DNA of 64,000 nt from an uncultured Pelagibacteraceae bacterium. GTDB taxonomy: Bacteria; Pseudomonadota; Alphaproteobacteria; Pelagibacterales; Pelagibacteraceae. Position numbers and translations under genes: made by a program. Location: positions 874-64,873 of the forward strand of contig CACJVG010000003.1 of the NCBI GenBank assembly GCA_902596785.1, written 5' to 3'. The notes below the pieces were generated by a model. That model did not search any database. It saw nothing but the letters and a program-made list of their open reading frames with translations, and was not told the origin of the DNA. Below, in pieces: positions 56,848 to 64,000 of this stretch (its first letter is position 1; the number at the start of each line of letters is the position of its first letter).

Positions 56848-58692
56848 ATGAAAAAAATTACCCTCACATGTGCTCATGCGATAGTTAAATATTTAATTGC
56901 TCAGAAAATATTAATTAACGGTAAAAAAGAACCTTTATTTCCGGGTGTCTTCGGAATTTTTGGACATGGAAATGTAGCTTGCTTAGGTCAAGCACTAGAG
57001 GAAAATCAAAAAGAACTTCCAACATATAGAGGGCATCACGAACAAAATATGGCACTTACAGGAATTGGCTATGCTAGAGCTAAAAGAAGACAACAAATTT
57101 TTGTAGCAACATCTTCTGTAGGACCTGGGGCAACAAATATGGTTACAGCTGCTGCAGTTGCTATGAGTAACAGATTACCAATTTTATTTTTACCTGGAGA
57201 CACTTATGCAAATAGAATGCCAGATCCAGTATTGCAACAAGTTGAGCATTTTAACAACCCAGGAATAACAGCTAACGATGCATTTAAACCAGTTACAAGA
57301 TATTTTGATCGAATAACCAGACCAGAGCAGATTATTCAATCATTCCCAGCAGCAGTTCAAACAATGTTAGATCCTGCAGATTGTGGTCCTGCATGTATCG
57401 CTTTAAGTCAAGATATACAAGGTCAAACTTTTGATTACCCTGAAGAATTTTTTAAAGAAAGAGTTCAAGCGATCAGAAGACCAAGACCGGATGAATTTCA
57501 AATTAAAGAGGCAGCAGAAAAAATTAAGTCATCTAAAAATCCAATTATAATTTCAGGTGGTGGAGTTTTTTACTCAGATGCAATGGATGAGTTAAGTCAA
57601 TTTGCAATTAAACACAACATACCAGTTACTCAAACTGTAATGGGATATTCTACAATGAAAAGAGATCATTCTCATTTTGCAGGCCAGATTGGCGGTTTAG
57701 GTGGAAAAAATACAAATACATTAGCAAAAGAAACAGATTTAGCAATTGCAGTTGGAACGAAACTTGCAGATTTTACAACTGGTTCATGGGCAAATTTTGA
57801 AAACAAAAATTTTAAACTAGTTTCAATAAATGTATCAAGATTTGATGCTAACAAACATTTAGCGCAAGCGGTAATTGGAGATGCTAAAGTTTCATTAACT
57901 GAACTTTCACAAGCGTTAGGTAGTTGGAAAGCTGGAGAAGAATGGAATAAAAAATCTCAAACTGAACTCAAATCTTGGAATGAACATATTGATAAAGAGA
58001 GTGCGCCAACAAATCAAGAAGTTCCAAGTTATGTTCAGGTAATTGGTGCAATTTACAGAAACTCTGACCCAACAGATATTGCTGTTACTGCAGCAGGAGG
58101 TTTAGTTGGTGAAGTTGTTCAAGTTTGGAGACCGAGAGAACTAAATACTCATGAAACAGAGTGGGGGTTTAGTTGTATGAGTTATGAAATTTCTGGAGCG
58201 CTTGGAATAAAAATGGCTAATCCTGATAAAGAAGTAATTTCTTTTGTAGGAGATGGTTCTTATCTTCTAAATAACACAGATATTTATTCATCAGTTATTA
58301 CAAAAAATAAATTAATAATTATAGTTTGTGATAATGGAGGGTTTGCAGTTATCAATCGACTTCAATTGTTTAAAGGTGGAAAAGAATATAACAACTTATT
58401 AAAGAGCTCTAATACTCCTGGACTAGTTGATGTTGATTTTGCAAAACATGCAGAAAGTATGGGAGCTAAATCTGAACATGTTAATTCCATTTCAGATCTT
58501 GAAGCTGCATTTAAGAGAGCAAAAGCATCCGATGTAACATACGTTATTTCAATAAAAACTCATGCTTATAAATGGGTTGAGGGATCAGCTTTTTGGGATA
58601 GCCCTACACTAGAAATTCCGACAACTAAAGAGAATGAAGAAGCTTTAAAACTTTATAAAGAAGGAAAAGGCAAACAAAGACAAGGTGTATAA
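56848..58692 (+). CDS. iolD: THcHDO hydrolase (ThDP-dependent)
   Basis: IFGHGNVA, EQNMA, SSVGPGATNMVTAA, PDPVLQQVE, E.GFSCMSYEI, GDGSYL. Confidence 0.95.
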   Translation: MKKITLTCAHAIVKYLIAQKILINGKKEPLFPGVFGIFGHGNVACLGQALEENQKELPTYRGHHEQNMALTGIGYARAKRRQQIFVATSSVGPGATNMVTAAAVAMSNRLPILFLPGDTYANRMPDPVLQQVEHFNNPGITANDAFKPVTRYFDRITRPEQIIQSFPAAVQTMLDPADCGPACIALSQDIQGQTFDYPEEFFKERVQAIRRPRPDEFQIKEAAEKIKSSKNPIIISGGGVFYSDAMDELSQFAIKHNIPVTQTVMGYSTMKRDHSHFAGQIGGLGGKNTNTLAKETDLAIAVGTKLADFTTGSWANFENKNFKLVSINVSRFDANKHLAQAVIGDAKVSLTELSQALGSWKAGEEWNKKSQTELKSWNEHIDKESAPTNQEVPSYVQVIGAIYRNSDPTDIAVTAAGGLVGEVVQVWRPRELNTHETEWGFSCMSYEISGALGIKMANPDKEVISFVGDGSYLLNNTDIYSSVITKNKLIIIVCDNGGFAVINRLQLFKGGKEYNNLLKSSNTPGLVDVDFAKHAESMGAKSEHVNSISDLEAAFKRAKASDVTYVISIKTHAYKWVEGSAFWDSPTLEIPTTKENEEALKLYKEGKGKQRQGV

Positions 58693-58698
58693 ACCTTT

Positions 58699-59856
58699 AT
58701 GAATAAAATTTTCAAAGTCGGTCTAATTGGCTGTGGTCATATTTCTGAAACTTACTTTAGAGCTCAAGAATATTTTAATAATATTAGAATAGTTAAGTGT
58801 GCAGATATAAATATGGAAGCAGCTAAAAAGTGTGCAATTCATTATAATATTGAAGCTTTAACAGTAGAAGAACTTTTAAAAGATAAAGAAATTGAAATAA
58901 TTCTTAATCTGACGATCCCAGGAGCACATTACGAAGTTTCTAAAATGGCTCTAGAAAATGGAAAACATTCATATGCTGAAAAACCAATGGCAGTAAATTT
59001 TGAGGATGGAAAAAAATTACTTGAACTAGCTAAAGAAAAAAATCTTTATATAGGAAATGCTCCAGATACATTTTTAGGTGGAGGAATTCAAAAAACTAGA
59101 GAGTTAATTGATAATGGTGTGATTGGTGACATTAAATTAGGAAATGCTATATTTGCATTTCCAGGAGTTCAATCCTACCACCCAAATCCAGAAAGTTGGT
59201 TTGCAGAAAATGAAGGAGGACCTGTTATTGATATGGGTCCATACTATTTAACTGCGTTAGTAAATCTAATTGGACCAGCAAAACAAGTGCAAGGAAGATG
59301 TACAAAAGTTTTTGAAGAAAGAGAAATTGGTATTGGTCCAAAAAAAGGTCAAAAATTTAAAGTTGAAACACCAACAACTTATTTGGCAACAATACAATTT
59401 GAAAATGATTGTATAATTCAAATAACTTTATCATTTGATGTTGTTGCTCATCAAAGAAATCATATTGAGCTTTATGGAAACAAAGGATCAATAATTGTTC
59501 CTGATCCAAACATGTTTGGTGGATCTGCTTTTGTTTCAGTTACAGCTGGAGGCAATTGGGGAGAGCACAAAACAGACATGATGCCTTTAGGTAAAATTAA
59601 TATAAAAAGTCAAAGCTCAAGAGCAAATGAGTCACCCACTAATGCAAATTATAGAGGAGCTGGTTTATCAGAAATGGCTTATGCAATTGAAAATAATTTA
59701 GAGCATAGATGTAATGGAGATTTATCTCTTCATGTTTTAGATATAATAGATTCTACCATGAGAGCCTCTCAAACTGGAATTCCTCAAGAAATAAAGACAA
59801 CCTGCAAAAAACCAAAACCTTTTACTTTAGAAGAAATTAAAAAAATACTAAACTAA
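58699..59856 (+). CDS. Gfo/Idh/MocA oxidoreductase
   Basis: GCGHIS, LNLTIP, EKP, APDTFLG, HPNP, GGP..DMGPYY, PDPN.FGG. Confidence 0.9.
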   Translation: MNKIFKVGLIGCGHISETYFRAQEYFNNIRIVKCADINMEAAKKCAIHYNIEALTVEELLKDKEIEIILNLTIPGAHYEVSKMALENGKHSYAEKPMAVNFEDGKKLLELAKEKNLYIGNAPDTFLGGGIQKTRELIDNGVIGDIKLGNAIFAFPGVQSYHPNPESWFAENEGGPVIDMGPYYLTALVNLIGPAKQVQGRCTKVFEEREIGIGPKKGQKFKVETPTTYLATIQFENDCIIQITLSFDVVAHQRNHIELYGNKGSIIVPDPNMFGGSAFVSVTAGGNWGEHKTDMMPLGKINIKSQSSRANESPTNANYRGAGLSEMAYAIENNLEHRCNGDLSLHVLDIIDSTMRASQTGIPQEIKTTCKKPKPFTLEEIKKILN

Positions 59857-59874
59857 TCTTAAAGATTTATATTT

Positions 59875-60636
59875 ATGAAAGTTGAATATTTTGATTTAAG
59901 AGGAAAACGTGCATTAGTTTCCGGTGGAGCTTCGGGTATAGGAGCATCAATTGTCCAACACCTTTGTCAGCAAGAAGTTGAAGTTTATTTTTTTGATATA
60001 AATAAAAATGAAGCAAAAAAAACAATCAACAAAATAAAAAAAAACAAATTAAAAATTCCTACTTTTGTAGAGTGTAATATTAAAGATATTAAAAAATATA
60101 AATCATCAATTTTAAATATTATAAAAAAACAGGGCCCTATTGATATTTTGGTTAATAACGCTTCTAACGACCAAAGACATAGTTTAGAGAAAATTACAGA
60201 AAAATATTGGGATGATAGAATTGCGATTAATTTAAAGCATTATTTGTTTGCAATACAATCAGTTAAAAAAAGCATGATAAAAAACAAAGGTGGATCAATA
60301 ATAAATTTAGGTTCTGTTAGTTGGGTTAGGGGAGCAGTAATGTTCCCAGCTTATAGTACTGCAAAGGCGGGAATTCATGGATTGACTAGATCTTTAGCAA
60401 GAGATTTAGGAAAACATAATATAAGGATTAACTCAATTGCACCTGGTTCAATCGCAACAGCTAGACAATCCAAATTGTGGCTTAATCCAAAATTTAAAAA
60501 GGAAATATTAAAAAATCAGGCTTTAAAAAAACAATTACTACCTGAAGATGTTTCAAAAATGGTTTTATTCTTAGCATCAGATATTTCGTCAGGATGTACA
60601 AAACAAAACTTTACAGTGGACGCAGGATTAATTTAG
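59875..60636 (+). CDS. SDR sugar dehydrogenase (XylB D-xylose dehydrogenase-like)
   Basis: GGASGIG, NNASNDQRH, WDDRIAINL, GSVSW, YSTAK, T.RQ..LW. Confidence 0.82.
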   Translation: MKVEYFDLRGKRALVSGGASGIGASIVQHLCQQEVEVYFFDINKNEAKKTINKIKKNKLKIPTFVECNIKDIKKYKSSILNIIKKQGPIDILVNNASNDQRHSLEKITEKYWDDRIAINLKHYLFAIQSVKKSMIKNKGGSIINLGSVSWVRGAVMFPAYSTAKAGIHGLTRSLARDLGKHNIRINSIAPGSIATARQSKLWLNPKFKKEILKNQALKKQLLPEDVSKMVLFLASDISSGCTKQNFTVDAGLI

Positions 60637-61628
60637 TTTTTTTTATTTTGCGACATTGATAAAGCAATTTTAAAAGAGTTTAAAATTGGATCTAAGTTAG
60701 CCTCATTTTTTCCTGCTATGGCAAATGCAGACCCATGAGCAGTAGTGGTTACTGGTACAGTCAATCCACCCTGAACTGTTACTCCTCTATCAAAGCCAAA
60801 TGCCTTAAGACCAGATTGAAGTGCATCATGATACATACCAACCATACAATCATGGTTTTTATTTTTATAAGCTACAACAAATGATGTATCACATGGTAAC
60901 GGACCATCAACATTGTAACCAAGTTTTTTTGCTTCCTCAATTGCAGGAATAATTTCATCTTTTTCTTCTGTACCAAACTCTGCATGAGGATTAAGTGCTT
61001 GAATGGCAATTCTAGGTTTCTTTACACCATTTAGCTCCATAACTTCATTGATCAATTTTATTGGCTTCATTATATTTTCTTTAGTAATATGTTGAGCTAC
61101 TTCTTTTATTGGAATGTGAGATGTTACTCTTGCTGTCCAAAAATTATCTATGACATTAAATTCACAACAAAAACTATTTACCTCAAGTTTTTCAGCCATC
61201 AATTGCAATTCATCTGAATGTTTATTCCCTCCAAGTTTTAAACTTGTCTTATTCATTGGCGCAAAATTAATTGCATCAATTTTTTTTTCTTTTGCAAGTG
61301 TCAATGCTAAATCTAAAGCTTCCAATACACTTTCTCCAGACTCTTTTGATGGTTCAGCTAATTTATATTTATGATTTTTTCCTTTAGAAATATCTAATAA
61401 AAATCTATTTGATTTATCAAAATTTACCTCATCAAAATTTTCTACAATATCTATATTATGTGAAATTCCTGTAATACTATTTCCACTTTCAAATACTTGC
61501 TTTTCACCAATTATGACAATGTTTGCTTTTTTTGTCATTTCATTTTTTAAAAGTTTTGAAATTAACTCTGGTCCGATCCCAGCTGGATCACCAAGAAGAA
61601 TCGCTATGTTAGATTTATTTTCAGGCAT
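60633..61628 (-). CDS. PdxA-family dehydrogenase (PdxA2-like)
   Basis: GDPAGIGPE, APMNK, TSHIP, LNPHA, GPLPCDT, MYHD, T.AHGSAF.IAG. Confidence 0.88.
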   Translation of the reverse strand: MPENKSNIAILLGDPAGIGPELISKLLKNEMTKKANIVIIGEKQVFESGNSITGISHNIDIVENFDEVNFDKSNRFLLDISKGKNHKYKLAEPSKESGESVLEALDLALTLAKEKKIDAINFAPMNKTSLKLGGNKHSDELQLMAEKLEVNSFCCEFNVIDNFWTARVTSHIPIKEVAQHITKENIMKPIKLINEVMELNGVKKPRIAIQALNPHAEFGTEEKDEIIPAIEEAKKLGYNVDGPLPCDTSFVVAYKNKNHDCMVGMYHDALQSGLKAFGFDRGVTVQGGLTVPVTTTAHGSAFAIAGKNEANLDPILNSFKIALSMSQNKKN

Positions 61629-61697
61629 TTTTTTCTTTACGTCTTGTATCAGATTATGTTTAAATTATTAAATATAAATTAACTAAAGAGGGAAATA

Positions 61698-62672
61698 ATG
61701 AAAAAAAGCTTTAAACTATTTTTAGCAGCTGCTTTCCTAGTAACTGAATTTTTTGTTGTAGCTCTTCCATTAATGATCACTTCAGCTAAAGCTGATGGTC
61801 ATCCGATACAAGCAATTACTCACGCTGGTTTTGGTGGTGGAACTGACGTTACTACTAGAATGATGTTGTTAAGAGCAAGAAGAGTTCTTAAGCAGGATAT
61901 GCAATTAGTAAACAAAAAAGGTGGTGGTGGAGCAGCATCGATGGACTACATGATGTCTTTACCAGCTGATGGAAATCACACTTTAACTTGGACAACAGGT
62001 CATGCTGTATCTATGGCTTTAGGTAAAACTAAAGTTAAGTTAAGTGATATGCAGCCACTTGCTAGAGGAACTGATGATCCTCAATTATTTGTTGTTAATT
62101 GTAAAAATGATATCAAAGATGCTAAAAAATTCATTAGCACACAAAAATCAAAATCACTAAAATATGGAACTACTCATACTGGTGGTATTGATGATGTTAG
62201 TGCAATCGCATTTACAAAAAAAGGGGGATTAAAAGATCCAACTATCGTTGCTTACAAAGGTGTTGCACCAATTAAAACTAACCTTATCAAAGGAGATATT
62301 GATGTAGGTGTTTTAAACTTAGGTGAGGCATTAACTGAAATTAATGAGGGTAAACTTTGTGTTTCAGTTGTATTAGCAAATAATAGAATGGCTAAAATTG
62401 GGGACTCTCCAACAGCAAAAGAATTAGGTATACCTGTTTCTTTATCTACTGTTAGAGGTTTCGTAACTAAAAAAGGTGCTCCAGCAGACAGAGTAAAACA
62501 ACTAGAAGCTGGAATGATGAAAGCTATGAGCCACAATTACTACAAAAATTTCTTAACTGAAATTGGTCTTGATGAGACAAGTGTTGTAGGTGCAGATGAA
62601 TGGGGTAAGCAAATGGAAGAAATGCTTGCTGAGATGACTGCACAGCTTAAAGCTTTAGGTTACATCAACTAA
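61698..62672 (+). CDS. tctC: Tripartite tricarboxylate transporter substrate-binding protein
   Basis: Signal peptide, GGGTD..R, N..GGGG, ADG.TL, YKG, PT.KELG, RGF. Confidence 0.88.
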   Translation: MKKSFKLFLAAAFLVTEFFVVALPLMITSAKADGHPIQAITHAGFGGGTDVTTRMMLLRARRVLKQDMQLVNKKGGGGAASMDYMMSLPADGNHTLTWTTGHAVSMALGKTKVKLSDMQPLARGTDDPQLFVVNCKNDIKDAKKFISTQKSKSLKYGTTHTGGIDDVSAIAFTKKGGLKDPTIVAYKGVAPIKTNLIKGDIDVGVLNLGEALTEINEGKLCVSVVLANNRMAKIGDSPTAKELGIPVSLSTVRGFVTKKGAPADRVKQLEAGMMKAMSHNYYKNFLTEIGLDETSVVGADEWGKQMEEMLAEMTAQLKALGYIN

Positions 62673-62695
62673 TCTAATTAAAAGTACATTTGAAT

Positions 62696-63202
62696 ATGAA
62701 AAATGTACAAAAACAAAAAAGGGCAAACAAAAGTTTGCCCTTTTTTTTTAGAGATGAGTTTAGAGTTTCTCTTGTAATTATTTTAATATCTGTAGCATTA
62801 TTAATCACAACTTTTACTTTTGATATTGTTCCTCCAATTTTAAATAGAGGAATACAGCCAGCAACATTCCCAAAAGCGCTCTTGGTCTTAATAATAGTAA
62901 TGACATTGTTAATCTATTATTTGGCAACTAAAAATCCCTGGAAAGTTGAAAAAAAATTACCAAGATCATTCTTTCTAACTTTATCAAGTTTTGTTATTTT
63001 TGTAGTAGTTTCTAAAACACTTGATTTCTTTTTAGCAATCTCAGCTTTATCTATCTTTGTTTCATATTGTTGGGGAGAAAAAAGATTATTTTATTTATTA
63101 CTAGTTGGGATTATTTTCCCAATTATTGTTTTTATATTTTTTGAAACTATTTTAGGTTTAAGATTTCCCCCAGGAATAATTACTAACATTTACTATAGTT
63201 AA
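62696..63202 (+). CDS. tctB: Tripartite tricarboxylate transporter small membrane subunit
   Basis: PA.FP, four TM segments, F..ILG.RFP.G; lies between tctC and tctA. Start is ATG 62696 or TTG 62690. Confidence 0.85.
   Translation: MKNVQKQKRANKSLPFFFRDEFRVSLVIILISVALLITTFTFDIVPPILNRGIQPATFPKALLVLIIVMTLLIYYLATKNPWKVEKKLPRSFFLTLSSFVIFVVVSKTLDFFLAISALSIFVSYCWGEKRLFYLLLVGIIFPIIVFIFFETILGLRFPPGIITNIYYS
62721..62749 (+). terminator. Intrinsic terminator-like hairpin inside the 5' end of tctB
   Basis: GGGCAAAC-AAAA-GTTTGCCC-TTTTTTTTT, preceded by an A-tract. Confidence 0.75.
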
Positions 63203-64000
63203 ATGGATAATTTATTATTAATGCTGGCACCACTTTTCAGTTCTAAACTATTATTAGTTTTATTTTTTGGAACTTTATTTGGTTTGATATTAGGTGTGTT
63301 GCCAGGGTTAGGACCAACAACAGGTGGTGCATTGATCTTACCTTTCACAATGACTCTAGATCCATTATCTGCAATTGTTTTATTAACTTCTATTTATTGT
63401 GCAGGAACCTATGGTGGTGCAATCACTGCTGTACTTATTAATACACCAGGGACCCCAGCAGCTGCAGCCACTTGTTTAGATGGCTATCCTTTAGCACAAA
63501 AAGGCGAAGCTGGAAGAGCTTTAGGTATGGCAACAGTATCAAGTACTGTTGGAGGTATTTTTAGTGTCGTTATATTAGTTTTCTTTGCTCCTATACTAGC
63601 ACAACTTGCTTATGAGTTTGGTCAGCCAGAATATTTTGCATTAGCTATATTTGGTTTAACGATGCTTGCTTCAATAGGTGAAGGTAGTCCAATTAAAAAT
63701 TTAATTGCAGGTGCATTCGGAATATTGATTTCTACTGTTGGTAAAGATTTTATGACTTCAATTGATCGTTTTACTTTTGGGATCAATGAATTAACTGAGG
63801 GAATAGGATTTATACCGGTAGTGGTTGGACTTTTTGCAATGAGTGAAATGTTAACCCAATCAACTTTAATCAATCAAGTGTTTAACAGAATAGCTTTAAA
63901 AGCAATTAAGCTTCCTAGCAAAGATGATTATAAAAAAACTTGGAAAACAATACTACGATCAAGTGGGATTGGATCATTTATTGGAGTTCTTCCTGCAGAA
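63203..64000 (+). CDS. tctA: Tripartite tricarboxylate transporter large membrane subunit (3' end outside window)
   Basis: ATG 63203 gives MDNLLLMLAP..GVLPGLGPT, YGGAITAVLINTPGTPAAAATCLDGYPLA, GQPEYF; open to the window end. Confidence 0.93.
   Translation, partial: MDNLLLMLAPLFSSKLLLVLFFGTLFGLILGVLPGLGPTTGGALILPFTMTLDPLSAIVLLTSIYCAGTYGGAITAVLINTPGTPAAAATCLDGYPLAQKGEAGRALGMATVSSTVGGIFSVVILVFFAPILAQLAYEFGQPEYFALAIFGLTMLASIGEGSPIKNLIAGAFGILISTVGKDFMTSIDRFTFGINELTEGIGFIPVVVGLFAMSEMLTQSTLINQVFNRIALKAIKLPSKDDYKKTWKTILRSSGIGSFIGVLPAE

Noticed and set aside
1-64000. CRISPR arrays, tRNA/rRNA, IS elements, integrases, prophage or defence genes, island-flanking direct repeats
   Set aside because: None recognised by eye. 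Intergenic gaps are mostly under 170 bp. tRNAscan or Infernal would be needed to fully exclude small RNAs.

Overview
AT-rich alphaproteobacterial chromosome segment; gene content, minimal intergenic spacing and the SAM-V riboswitch point to SAR11/Ca. Pelagibacter. About 1-27.8 kb is streamlined core: aspS (5' truncated), an orphan NrdJ C-terminal-domain gene, NDUFA12, accCB, aroQ, thiSG, rne, mrcA, prfB with its +1 frameshift, an AsmA-like gene, tyrS, anmK, the iscR-suf operon, glnA, and a homocysteine S-methyltransferase under a tandem SAM-II/SAM-V riboswitch. About 28-34.7 kb is a molybdenum-cofactor/MsrPQ/XdhC cluster in which msrQ is frameshifted. About 34.7-64 kb is an accessory inositol/sugar-acid catabolic region with ABC, TRAP and TTT transporters and iolG, iolE and iolD, but no iolB/iolC in the window. 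It also carries many unassigned enzymes: a C11orf54/PTD012 (DUF1907)-like protein, a PanB-fold protein lacking its metal ligands, a PanE-like reductase, an HpcH aldolase, two 2OG/Fe(II) dioxygenases, and a di-heme peroxidase with no canonical start codon that abuts a Sel1 gene head-to-head. No rRNA, tRNA, CRISPR, integrase or IS was recognised. All family calls come from motif recognition by eye, not database searches.
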